The translations under genes were made by a program, and so were the position numbers. Below, one piece after another: positions 55,000-64,000 of a DNA stretch of 64,000 nt. The DNA lies in the NCBI GenBank assembly GCA_963843845.1, contig CAWJMB010000002.1, forward strand, positions 2,720,001-2,784,000, in the 5' to 3' direction. Source of the stretch: an uncultured Gemmatimonadaceae bacterium (GTDB lineage Bacteria; Gemmatimonadota; Gemmatimonadetes; Gemmatimonadales; Gemmatimonadaceae). Position 1 is the stretch's first letter. Each line of letters begins with the position of its first letter. Below the pieces are notes generated by a model, which was not told the DNA's origin, searched no databases, and saw nothing but the letters and a program-made list of their open reading frames with translations.

Positions 55000-55325
55000 G
55001 GCGGGCGCCTCCTGGGGTGGGGAATCGTTGGAGCGTTACGCCATCAGATAGTGCACGATCGGGGCCAGAAATCCGGTTTTGCGGCATTTTACATGCTTCA
55101 TACTCGGCCATTCCCATGCATGACAGCGCTGGCAGCGTGCCATCACCGCCCATGACGACGCACCGCGCCCGACGATCGGGCGAAGGGAGTCGTGCGGGGT
55201 CTCGGGGCGTTCGCCGTCCGACCGCCGGTCGTGGGCGGATGGACCCGCGCTGGTGTCTCATCACGGTCGCGCGCTCGCCGAGTGAGACCGGCGCGCGCGG
55301 CTCGGTTGGTGCGCTGCGGCGCGGG

Positions 55326-55868
55326 ATGCGACTCACGCGTTCCCTCGCCCACCGCGCGATCGGCGCCGCCGTTCTCGTCCTGATGACTGCCTGCCTTCCC
55401 CGGCTGCCACAGCGGCCGCCGGTCACGCCGGAGCCTTCGTTCGACCCGACGCGGTTCTTCGCCGGCCGCACGCGCGGCGAGGGGACGCTCCACGTCCGCT
55501 TCGGGGGCGATCGCGCGCTGCGCGTCCTGGGTGTCGGACGTGACGAGGCCGACGGGACGTTCCGGCTGGAGCAGACGATCACCTTCGGCGACGGCGCGGT
55601 CGAGACGCGCGTCTGGCGGCTGCGGCGCGCGGACGCCGCACACTTCACGGGCGTGCTCTCCGACGCGAAGGGGGAGGTGCGGGCGGAGTCGCGGGGGAAC
55701 CTGTTCCACCTGCGCTACCTCGTCCGGCGCCCGGCGGTCTACATGGAGCAGTGGCTCTACCTGCAGCCCGACGGCCGCACGGTGCGGAACCTGGCACGCG
55801 TGACGGTCCTCGGCGTGCCGTGGGCGACGCTCGCGGAGACGATCACGCGCGACGACGGCGGTCGGTGA
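55326..55868 (+). CDS. DUF3833-like lipoprotein
   Basis: Lipobox MTAC, FDPTRFFAGRTRGEG, MEQWLYLQPDG. Confidence 0.75.
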   Translation: MRLTRSLAHRAIGAAVLVLMTACLPRLPQRPPVTPEPSFDPTRFFAGRTRGEGTLHVRFGGDRALRVLGVGRDEADGTFRLEQTITFGDGAVETRVWRLRRADAAHFTGVLSDAKGEVRAESRGNLFHLRYLVRRPAVYMEQWLYLQPDGRTVRNLARVTVLGVPWATLAETITRDDGGR

Positions 55869-56111
55869 CGGCGCGCCGGGCCCCGCTCGGGCAGGCGCTC
55901 GCCGCGTGCGTCTTCCGCGGCGCCGTGCGACGGGCCGCCGTGCACGCGCTTCGTCGACGCGAAATCGTTAGGCACGTCGACGTCCACGCGACGCCGGTCC
56001 GTCGACGACGCGACGAGGCCGCAGCGCGCCCGCGAGTCGTCCGCGACGTACATGGCGAGCGATCGCGGCAAACGAGACGGCCGCCGGTACGCTCTCCCGC
56101 CGTCCTCCGGC

Positions 56112-57176
56112 TCAGCGCCGCCGCCGCGCCACGCCCGCCAGCGCGAGCAGCCCCGTTCCGAGCAGCGCCCACGTGCTCGGCTCGGGCACCGTCGACGACG
56201 GGGTGACGAACTGCGTGCCGTTCACGAAGGTGAACGGGGTCGACGCGGTGATGTCGGCGTCGGTCGCGTCGAGGATGCGCACCCCCGCGAGCCCCGCGGT
56301 GTGGCCGAAGAGGCCCCACGCCCGCGCCGAGAGGACCTGCTGCATCACGTCGTAGCCGCCGCCGGGCGGCACGAACAGGTCGCTGTGAAGGAAGTACTGG
56401 AAGCCGAGGTAGCGGTCGGCCGGGCCGATCTCGCGCGTCAGCACGACGAGGGAGTCGACGCCGCGCTCCTGCAGGCGTGTGCCCTCCGAGCCCGTGCTCT
56501 GCAGGACGATCGTGCCGTCGAAGTCGCTGCTCCTGGCGTCGGCCGTGTTCATGTCGAAGCCCCAGCGCAGGCGCGACGTGATGCCGACGTCGACGCTCCC
56601 GGGCGTGACGATGCGGTTGGCGACGAGGCCCATGAGGCCGTGCGCCCAGAACGTGAACTGCACCTTCGTTCCCCCAGACCACCCGCCGACCGGCGGGACA
56701 CCGAGGTCGAGCTGGTCGCTCCACTGGCTGTAGGCGTCGGCGGCGTAGCCCGCGTTGAAGCCGGGCGCGCTCGCCGCCCGCGACCGCGTCTCGACGATGA
56801 GCCCCGTCTCGGCGCGGAGGCGCCCGTCGGCGTTGCTCGCGTGGACGTACGCGCGGACGGTGTCGAGGCTCACCGGCGCGTCCTTCCACACGTTGCCGTC
56901 GTACGCCTTGCAGTCGACGGTGGCGTTCGGGTGGTAGCCGAGGCACCAGTCCGGCGTGGTCGACGGCGTCTGGCAGTCGGCCCCGGCGACCGTACCGCGG
57001 CCGACGGTCGTCACGTCGACGCACGGAACGGCGAGGCCGACGAGCGTGCTCTTCGCGCGGACGTAGGTGTAGCCGGTCGGTTGCGCGCCGGCGGTGCTCG
57101 CCGGAACGAGCGCGGCGGACAGGAGCGCGAGGGTCGCGGCGAGCGCGACGCGAGCGGAGCGAGTGGAGGCAGGCAT
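56112..57176 (-). CDS. PEP-CTERM sorting-signal surface protein
   Basis: Signal peptide (AGAQ), four N-terminal Cys, VPEPSTWALLGTGLLALAGVARRRR. Confidence 0.92.
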   Translation of the reverse strand: MPASTRSARVALAATLALLSAALVPASTAGAQPTGYTYVRAKSTLVGLAVPCVDVTTVGRGTVAGADCQTPSTTPDWCLGYHPNATVDCKAYDGNVWKDAPVSLDTVRAYVHASNADGRLRAETGLIVETRSRAASAPGFNAGYAADAYSQWSDQLDLGVPPVGGWSGGTKVQFTFWAHGLMGLVANRIVTPGSVDVGITSRLRWGFDMNTADARSSDFDGTIVLQSTGSEGTRLQERGVDSLVVLTREIGPADRYLGFQYFLHSDLFVPPGGGYDVMQQVLSARAWGLFGHTAGLAGVRILDATDADITASTPFTFVNGTQFVTPSSTVPEPSTWALLGTGLLALAGVARRRR

Positions 57177-57248
57177 CGGTAGGGCGGGTGAGCGGAGCGT
57201 GGGTGGCCCGATGGATCGGTCGCGACGGCCGGAAGGCCGTCCGTTCGA

Positions 57249-57278
57249 TCCACACCGCTCGACGCCGTTCCGCTTACA
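57249..57278 (-). promoter_or_regulatory. Candidate ECF sigma promoter TGTAAGCG...CGGTGTGGA (copy 1)
   Basis: 25/30 identical to 60415-60444; 73 bp from the PEP-CTERM start. Confidence 0.65.
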
Positions 57279-57284
57279 GGCCGG

Positions 57285-57782
57285 TCACGGGCGGAGCCCG
57301 CGCGCGCGCCGATCCGCCTCACGTGTCTTCTCCTCGAGCTCGCGCATCTCGCGCTCCAGCGTGCGCTCCGCGGTCGCGCCCGCGCGGCGCTCGCGGCGCG
57401 CGAGCTCGCGCCCGACCACGACGCCGAGCCACGCCGAGAGGGCGCAGAGCACGAGCGCGGCGGCGACGAGCCGACCGCACGCGGACCGCAGCACCGCGCG
57501 GCGGACCGTGCGCTCGTGGAGCGTGACGGCCGCGACGAGCGGCCACACCTCCGGCGGCACCGGCTCGGTCGCGCGGAGATAGCTCCCGAGCGCGACGACG
57601 TGGCCGAGGGCGTCGCGCTCCGCGCGGCAGTGCGCGCAGACCTCGCAGTGCGCGAGCGCGCGGTCGCGCGCCTCCGCCGGCAGTCGTCCGTCGAGCAGGT
57701 CGCTCAGCACGTCCGGGGGCAGGTGGCCGGCGGCCGCGGGCTCTGCGTCCCCGCCGGGCGTCGTCGGGGGCTGCGCGTTCAT
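57285..57782 (-). CDS. Zinc-finger (zf-HC2) anti-sigma factor
   Basis: H...LSDLLDGRL...HCEVCAHC (HxxxCxxC), one TM, short C-tail. Confidence 0.85.
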   Translation of the reverse strand: MNAQPPTTPGGDAEPAAAGHLPPDVLSDLLDGRLPAEARDRALAHCEVCAHCRAERDALGHVVALGSYLRATEPVPPEVWPLVAAVTLHERTVRRAVLRSACGRLVAAALVLCALSAWLGVVVGRELARRERRAGATAERTLEREMRELEEKTREADRRARGLRP

Positions 57783-58318
57783 GGGAGTAGGATCCGGCGC
57801 AGGGCATGACGCGCCCGGTGGAGTTGGGCGCGCACGGTGCCCGCCGCGATGCCGAGTCGCTCCGCGATCTCCTCGGTGGTGAAGCCCTCCACGTCGTGCA
57901 GCAGGTAGATCGCGCGCGCCCGGTCCGGCAGGCGCGCGATCGCGGCGCCGAGGTCCATGCGGCGGACCGCCGGCGGCGTCGAGAGCGAGGGCGGGAGCGC
58001 GCGCGCCTCGGCGGCGCCGAGGTCCTCCGCGTACTCGAGGCGCGCCTCGCGCCGCCGGCGCGCGCGCGTGTCGTTGAAGACGGTGTTCGTCGCGACGCGC
58101 CAGACCCACGCCCCCGCGTCGTGGTCGCTCCGCAGCAGGTGCAGCTTGCGCCACACGCGCACGAACACGTCCTGCACGAGCTCCGCGGCGCGCAGGCGGT
58201 CGCCCGTCATGCGGAGGCAGAGCCCGTGCACCCGGTCGGCGTGCTCGCGGTAGAGCCGCTCGAGACGCTCGGCGTCGGCGGGCGCCGCGTCGAGCGGGGC
58301 GAGGCCGTCAGCGCCCAC
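57779..58318 (-). CDS. ECF RNA polymerase sigma factor
   Basis: ELVQDVFVRVW, WVWRVATN, LHDVEGFTTEEIAERLGIAAGTVRAQLHRAR. Confidence 0.93.
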   Translation of the reverse strand: MGADGLAPLDAAPADAERLERLYREHADRVHGLCLRMTGDRLRAAELVQDVFVRVWRKLHLLRSDHDAGAWVWRVATNTVFNDTRARRRREARLEYAEDLGAAEARALPPSLSTPPAVRRMDLGAAIARLPDRARAIYLLHDVEGFTTEEIAERLGIAAGTVRAQLHRARHALRRILLP

Positions 58319-59822
58319 GCCGGCGCGCTTCCGGCGACGCCGCGACGACGTCCCACAGCGCGTGCCACACCGGACCCGCCGAGCTTCCGTAGTTGGCCAG
58401 CACGACGGCGGTGTAGCCGGTCTCGGGGAACATGTCGAACTCGGTCTCGACGCCGGGGGCGCCGCCGCCGTGCCCCACCATCCGCCGGAGCGTGTCGACG
58501 GCGAAGCCGTAACCCCACGTCGGCGCGCCCAGCTCCGGCTTCGGCGTCAGAACGAGCCGGGTGGAGGCGGGTCCGAGCAGGCGGTGCTCGCGGAGCGCGC
58601 GCGCGAATCGCATCATGTCGTGGGCCGTCGTGACGCTGTTGCCGTCCGGCCCACTCCGGGTCCGCGGCGGGTCGACCGCCTGGCGGAGCGCCCAACCGCC
58701 GGCGGTCGCCTCGGCATCGTAACCTACCGCGATACCGGTCGCGATCCCGCGCGCGACCCCTGCGGCGACCGAGTCGAAGTCGACGAACGCGGAGTGCTGC
58801 ATCCCCGCCGGCGCGAAGACGTGGCGCCCGACGTAGCCGGCGTAGTCCTCCCCGCTCGCCGCCTCCACCACCTTGCCGAGGAGCACGTAGCCGACGTTGC
58901 TGTACATCCACGCCGTGCCCGGCTCGAAGAACGTCGGCGCCGAGTCGGCGCGGATGGCGGCGATCCGGTCGTCGACCGTTCGCAGCGCGGGCGCGCGTCG
59001 CCGGAGGCGGGGCGTGAGGTAGTCGCCGAGCCCCGAGGTGTGCGTCAGGAGGTGGCGGATGCGGACGTCGCGCGCCGCGGCCGGGTCGAGCAGGCCGGGG
59101 ACGTAGCGCGCCACCGGGTCGTCGAGCGACAGCCTGCCTCGCTCGGCGAGCTGCACGACCGCGACGGCCGTGAACATCTTGGTCATCGAGCCGATCCGGA
59201 AGCGCGTCGCGAGCGTGTTCGGCACGCCGCGCTCGCGGCTCGCCGGGCCGTACGCCCGCGCGAAGAGCACGCGGTCGCCGCGCGCGAGAAGCACCACGCC
59301 GGCGAACAGGTCGGCCGCGGCGAGCCGGCCGACCGCATCCCCGAGCTGCCGGGCCATCTCCGCGTGCGTGAGCCAGCGCGCGGGCGGGTCTCCCCCGCGG
59401 CGGTAGCCGGTCGTCGCGCGGAAGGCGGCGACGCGGTGCGGCGGGAGCGACTCGACCTCCACGGCGAGCGTCAGAGGCGTGTCGTGCACGCGCGCGCGGT
59501 ACCGCGCGGTGACGGCGAACGGCGACGCCGACCGGACCGTGTCGACGCGCAGTCCCTGCGTCGCGCGCCGCAGGTGGCTCAGCTGGTCCACGTACCACCC
59601 CGGCTCGCGCCGCAGCGTGCGCCGGTCGTAGGCCGAGTCGACGTACGCGGCCGCGGCGTCGCGGTCGTCGGCGGCGACGAGCGCGGCGAGCTCCGAGAGG
59701 CGCCGCGCGGCGGGCGCCGACGTCGGCGTCGGCGCCTGTCCCCGCGCCGGCGCGGCTGCGAGGGCGGCGAGCAGCGCGAGGGCCGGGCAGCGCGCCTGCA
59801 CGCAGCGCGTCCGCCGCGTCAT
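58308..59822 (-). CDS. Exported serine hydrolase (beta-lactamase class C / PBP-like)
   Basis: SxxK (GSMTK), LLTHTSG, YSN, HGG. Confidence 0.9.
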   Translation of the reverse strand: MTRRTRCVQARCPALALLAALAAAPARGQAPTPTSAPAARRLSELAALVAADDRDAAAAYVDSAYDRRTLRREPGWYVDQLSHLRRATQGLRVDTVRSASPFAVTARYRARVHDTPLTLAVEVESLPPHRVAAFRATTGYRRGGDPPARWLTHAEMARQLGDAVGRLAAADLFAGVVLLARGDRVLFARAYGPASRERGVPNTLATRFRIGSMTKMFTAVAVVQLAERGRLSLDDPVARYVPGLLDPAAARDVRIRHLLTHTSGLGDYLTPRLRRRAPALRTVDDRIAAIRADSAPTFFEPGTAWMYSNVGYVLLGKVVEAASGEDYAGYVGRHVFAPAGMQHSAFVDFDSVAAGVARGIATGIAVGYDAEATAGGWALRQAVDPPRTRSGPDGNSVTTAHDMMRFARALREHRLLGPASTRLVLTPKPELGAPTWGYGFAVDTLRRMVGHGGGAPGVETEFDMFPETGYTAVVLANYGSSAGPVWHALWDVVAASPEARRRGR

Positions 59823-60340
59823 TCGCGCGTCCGGTCGGAATCGCGGCGCGCGGTGTCGCGGCGCGCGGTGTCGGCGCGCGCCGCGTCGCCGCGCTCGGCG
59901 CTGGCCGTCCAGACGCCACGCGCCTCGATCGCGCCACCGTCGCCGACGATGATGAGGCGTCCCTGGAAGCTCCCGACGCCGCTGGGCGTGCCCGTGAAGC
60001 GCATCGTTCCTTCGGCGGTCGCGACGCTGAAGGCGACCTCGCGATCGCTCGCGACCAGGTCGCGGATCTCGCCCGTCAGCTCCGGCTGCGGGGCGTCGGG
60101 CGTGATGCGCGCGCTCCCCATGCTGCCGGACGCGCCCGGGGCGAACGTGAGCCGCAGGCGCGCGGCGATCGGACCGGCCCGCAGCGTGCCGGCCCAGGTG
60201 CCGGTGGGGACCGGCGCCGCCGCGGGGGCGGCCGGGGCCGGCGAGCCGTGCGGTGGCGCGGTGGTCGGCTGGGCCGCGGCGGGAGCGCGCAGCGCGACGA
60301 GGAGCGCGAGCGGGAGCAGGGCAACGGCGGTAAGCGTCAT
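59819..60340 (-). CDS. Exported hypothetical beta-rich protein
   Basis: Signal peptide (AAAQ), GTWAGTL...; ATGA overlap with the hydrolase. Confidence 0.7.
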   Translation of the reverse strand: MTLTAVALLPLALLVALRAPAAAQPTTAPPHGSPAPAAPAAAPVPTGTWAGTLRAGPIAARLRLTFAPGASGSMGSARITPDAPQPELTGEIRDLVASDREVAFSVATAEGTMRFTGTPSGVGSFQGRLIIVGDGGAIEARGVWTASAERGDAARADTARRDTARRDSDRTRE

Positions 60341-60414
60341 GAGAGATCTCCGGTGCGGGCGGCGACTGCCGGTGGGCCATGGCGGCGGGACGGCCGTGCG
60401 GCCGTCTGCCAGGC

Positions 60415-60444
60415 TCCACACCGGACGGCGCCGTGGCGCTTACA
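60415..60444 (-). promoter_or_regulatory. Candidate ECF sigma promoter TGTAAGCG...CGGTGTGGA (copy 2)
   Basis: 25/30 identical to 57249-57278; 75 bp from the first start codon of the ECF operon. Confidence 0.65.
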
Positions 60445-60598
60445 CGCCGTGTGACGCAGGCGCGAACGTCCGCGCGTCCTCGAACCGCCCGCAGCGGCGG
60501 CGTGCCGCCTGGGAAGGCGGCCGCCAGCGGCGGTCAGCGGCGCGTGGACCCGTTAGGCGGCGGCCGCGTCGCCCTCCTCACGATGTCCCCGGGTCCTG

Positions 60599-60835
60599 CT
60601 ACCACGATGCCGAGGCGCCGCGCTCGTCCGACAGGCGCGTGATGAGCGCGTCGCGGAGGACGCCCTCGCGGACCTCCTCCTGCAGCGGCGGGATCGCGTC
60701 GCTCCAGGCGCGCGGCTGCCGGGGGGAGGCGTCGGGGACGAACTCGCGGAGCGCCTCGCGGACCCGGCGCGGCTGGGCGTCGGAGAAGGCGGGGAGGTCG
60801 GATTCCCAGCCGTAGCGGGCGCGGGGTTCGGTCAA
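60599..60835 (-). pseudogene. Short gene remnant (N-terminal fragment of a larger protein)
   Basis: TTG start just after hepT; coding-like RYGWESDLPAF...AWSDAIPPLQEEV that degenerates after about 60 aa. Confidence 0.35.
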
Positions 60836-60854
60836 GTCGCTCGCGGGTGCACCG

Positions 60855-61191
60855 TTAGGCGGCTTCGAGTGCACGCTCGAGTTCGACGACGAGCGGCGGC
60901 AGGTCGATGACGATCGGGTTCCAGGCGATGTCGAGATCGACGTCGAAGTAGCCGTGGGCGAGCCGGTTGCGCATCCCAACCATCGCCCGCCACGGAATCG
61001 CTGGCAGCGCCACGCGCGTCTCCGGCGAGACGCGCGGCCGCCTCGCCGACGATCTCGATCAGCCGGACGAGCCCGTGGGCGGCCAGCACGTCGGCGTCCA
61101 GCGCCCCACGGTCTCGCCCTCGCGCGTACCGCATCGCCGCGCTCCCCGCGTCGAGCATGTGCCGCAGGCGCACGCGGTCGTCAGACCGCAT
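60855..61191 (-). CDS. HEPN/DUF86 (HepT-like) ribonuclease toxin, frameshift ~61030
   Basis: RLIEIVGEAA, then in the next frame IPWRAMVGMRNRLAHGYFDVD (Rx4H) to TAA at 60855. Confidence 0.85.
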
Positions 61192-61477
61192 AGACCAGTC
61201 GGGCCGCGCGCAGGACCTCGTCCCGGAAGTAGCGACTCAGGTCGGCGGACGTTCGCAGGTCGACCGCGCGGCGGAGCAGCTCGCCGAGCTCCAGCTCCAT
61301 CGCCGCGAGCGCGAGCAGCCCGGCCCGCGCCTCGGGGAGGAACTCGACGAGTACATCGACATCGCTCTCCGGCCCGAAGTCGTCGCGCAGCACGGAGCCG
61401 AACAGCGCGAGCGACCGCACGCCATGCCGGCGGCAGAACTCGGCGACGCGCTCGCCCTGAACGGCGATGGGGAGCAT
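61181..61477 (-). CDS. Minimal nucleotidyltransferase (MntA-like antitoxin)
   Basis: LALFGSVLRDDFGPESDVDVLVEF (GSx10DxD), VDL. Confidence 0.92.
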   Translation of the reverse strand: MLPIAVQGERVAEFCRRHGVRSLALFGSVLRDDFGPESDVDVLVEFLPEARAGLLALAAMELELGELLRRAVDLRTSADLSRYFRDEVLRAARLVYAV

Positions 61478-61654
61478 GCGGCGAATCAGAGCGCGCTCGT
61501 GTGCTTCTCCATGGTCGTTCGTACGTCCGCGCGCCTTCTTCCGGAACAACGCAGCCGTGGCGGCGAACCGGCTCTCGTAATACAACCGCCGCGAGTCGCC
61601 GGCCCTGGCGACGGCGTGGGTAGCGCCGCGTCGGAAACGGAATGTGGCCCGAAC

Positions 61655-62036
61655 TCAGGTCGCGGAACCCGCGGTCCCCAGCACGAGCGTGACGGCGAGT
61701 GCGAGCATGACGAGGGCAGGCACGTACTTCTTCAGCGGGTCGCGAACTTTCCGGTGCATGGCCAGCGCGCCCGACCATGAGCACGCCGACGACGACGGCG
61801 GCCGGGCGCACGAGGGCGGGATACCAGATCCCCGCGAGGAGCGCCAGCGCGGCCCCGACTTTCAGGCCGCCGACGACGGCGACGCTCCACGCGGGGAGCC
61901 CGTAGCCCGCGAACTCCTCACGCATCGACCGCGCGGTGCCCCCGCGGTAGGACGTCGCGCGATTCGACCGCAGCAGCCAGACGTTCAGGAGGCCGAGCGC
62001 GGCGGCGATCTGACACACGATCAGGATTGGACCCAT
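61655..62036 (-). CDS. DoxX-like membrane protein, frameshift ~61770
   Basis: LLNVWLLR, YRGG, MREEFAGYGLP, VGGLKV; continues ALAMHRKVRDPLKKYVPA in the next frame. Confidence 0.75.
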
Positions 62037-62094
62037 GACTGGTGCTCGGGGCGTTGAGAGCGTATCCGCAGCGGAAGTCCTACAGGTCGAGGCG

Positions 62095-62704
62095 TGAATC
62101 GCCCCAGGTTTGAGGAGGCTCGGTCAATTGAGTGCGGCCGCCTCGGTCTGAGCGGTCTGACGGCGGTAGCACTGCTCCTCGAACTCGGCGGGCGGAACAT
62201 AGCCGAGCGGGGCGAGGAGACGCTGCTGGTCGAACCACGCGACCCACTCGCGCGTCGCGTGTTCGACGTCGTCGAAGCCGCGCCATGGTGCGCGTCGGCG
62301 GATCACCTCGGCCTTGTACAGGCCGATTACGCCCTCGGCCAGCGCGTTAAGCGCACGATACTCACAGTCGTAGCTGTCGCCGGTGCTGCCGACCGAGGGC
62401 GCGATACCCGCGTCGGCCAGCCGCTCGGTGTAGCGCATCGGCCCGGGTTGCACGCTCCGGTCGTTGTGACGGACGAGCCCCGCGTCGGTCTCACGGTCGT
62501 GCAGCGCCTGCTCCGGCGCGTCGAGCACGAGGTCCGTGCGCATCGTGGTGTGCGCCCGCCAGCCGCGATGGACGTGATCGCCGCCCACCGTGTCGCGTAC
62601 TCGCCCTGGTGCTTCCGGACGGGGCGCACGGCGCGCTCGCGGACCTCAGGCGAGAATGGCTTCGATGCTCCCATGCTCCCAACCTTTCAAGGGTGGGAGC
62701 CTCC
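62095..62704 (-). mobile_element. Internally deleted IS3-family (IS51/IS6110-like) element
   Basis: End TGAATCGCCCCAGGTTTGAGGAGGCT; orfA N-terminus [11 protein letters not shown]...WAAITSIA joined to orfB C-terminus [21 protein letters not shown]...LGYVPPAEFE; only a partial second IR (AGCCTCC). Confidence 0.88.
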
Positions 62705-62999
62705 TTTGGGATCTTTCGCGGGCTTTCGTAATTCGTGTCGCGTGCTTTCGTAACGTCCGCGCGGGGGCTCCGGAACTGCTCTCGTAATTCGGCTGCGGCT
62801 CCTCTGCTTGGGCGTCCCACTGACGAACGTCGCGTCCCCGGTGCCTCCGCAATTGCCCCCCAGAGGGACCGAGACGACGTGCGGGCTCGTCTCCAGTGGG
62901 GGGCGGTCCCCGGCCTCCGTGGCCCGGCATCGGTCGGTTCGGCGTGGCTGCGTCTCCGCGAACGTGATGTAGATTCCCGCCTCACGAGATGCCTCGCGA

Positions 63000-64000
63000 C
63001 TGACTCACTCCCAGAGACCGCTGCCTCCTCGTCCCCCTCGCCGCCGGCAGGCCGACTCCCCGGGCAGGCCGGGCGGCGCCGACACCACCGCGCCGCCCGC
63101 ATCGCCCACCCCGACCGGCCAGGCGTCCGGACCGGTCCGGGGCCCGCTGTCGAACCATGAGATCTTCGCGGGGCCGCCCGTCACGCCCCTGCAGCGCCTG
63201 ACGCTGTACGGCGACGACGAGCTTGAGGAGACGGTGCAGGAGTGGGTGGCAGTTCTCGCGGCCGTCGCGCTACGCGCGGGTGCAGCGCGCGCCCGGGGCG
63301 GGCGACATGGGTCGAGACGTCATCGGCTACCTCGCTGACGACGTGAGCACGAGCCCCGCCGACGTGTACCAGTGCAAGGCGTACGGCCACCGCCTGCGCC
63401 CGTCCGACGTCTGGGTGGAGTTCGGCAAGGTCTGCGTCTACTCGCACCGCGGCGAGTACCGCCTGCCGCGGAAGTTCCTCTTCGTTTCGACGCACGGCGT
63501 CGGGCCGAAGCTCCACCGCCTGCTCGAGAACCCGGAGGAGCTCAAGCGCGAACTGATCGAGCAGTGGCCGAAGGAGTGCGAGACGAAGATCTCCGAGCGA
63601 GCGGCCATCCCGCTGGACGGGGACCTCCGCGCGTACGTCGAGGGGTTTGACTTCTCGATCTTCGGGTACGTCGAGCCGCTGGAACTGATCGAAGGGCACC
63701 GTGACACCCCGTATCACGCGCGACGGTTCGGCGCGGTCTGCACGGCGCCGTCCAGCCCCCCCGGCGCCCCCCGAGGAGCCCACCGCGTCCGAAGCGCGCT
63801 ATCTCGCGCAGCTCCTCCACGCGTACGGCGACCACCTCGGACGTCCGTGTCCGGCGCCATCGGCGCTCGATGCCGAGCCGCAGCTTCGCGGCCACCTGGC
63901 CCGCCAGCGGGAGGCCTTCTATCGCGCAGAGTCGCTGCGCGAGTTCGAGCGCGACACCCTCGCCGATGACTCGGCGTTCGAGGCCGTGAAGGACAAGATC
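63000..64000 (+). CDS. Restriction-endonuclease-fold effector with ABC-three-component C-terminal domain (Lamassu LmuA-like), frameshifted and truncated by the window
   Basis: Reconstructed across frameshifts at ~63258 and ~63738: PLQRLTLYGDDELEETVQEW / GAGDMGRDV / YQCKAY / FDFSIF / YHARRFG / EARYLAQLLHAYGDH / RQREAFYRAESLREFERD; start unresolved. Confidence 0.7.

Noticed and set aside
62124..62674. Active transposase
   Set aside because: Most of orfA/orfB including the first catalytic Asp region is deleted, and one terminal repeat is incomplete.

Overview
A very GC-rich (roughly 73% by eye), gene-dense bacterial window. Gene content and protein style suggest Gemmatimonadota, which is an inference. 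From left to right it holds: a PAS histidine kinase, a CBS/CorC protein, arfB, a CHAD-CYTH fusion, hslR, ridA, dinB, an FUSC protein, a zinc metalloprotease and a tandem zinc-ribbon protein with an SSB-like tail. Next come a radical-SAM plus DUF4130-DUF72 DNA-repair operon, ppc, a GMC oxidase, a Ser/Thr kinase-LprI fusion, pgm, a MATE pump, DUF305 and LVIVD proteins, two PEP-CTERM proteins, a glycogen debranching enzyme and treZ. The right part has an ABC/M1-peptidase module, an ECF sigma/anti-sigma operon and a decaying defence-type end (MNT-HEPN, an IS3 remnant, a Lamassu/ABC-3C-like nuclease). Many genes carry 1-2 bp frameshifts, most likely sequencing errors. Most notable: (1) a 17-bp direct-repeat motif (GTTCGG-N5-ATTCGG) shared upstream of dinB and the radical-SAM repair operon, a candidate SOS operator; (2) the DUF4130-DUF72 fusion in place of the usual UdgX partner; (3) a protein with no recognisable OB fold that ends in DDDDLPF; (4) a recurrent CGTTAGGC motif that forces rare TTA codons; (5) a 30-bp duplicated promoter motif linking the ECF operon to a PEP-CTERM gene. 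I saw no rRNA, tRNA or CRISPR array.
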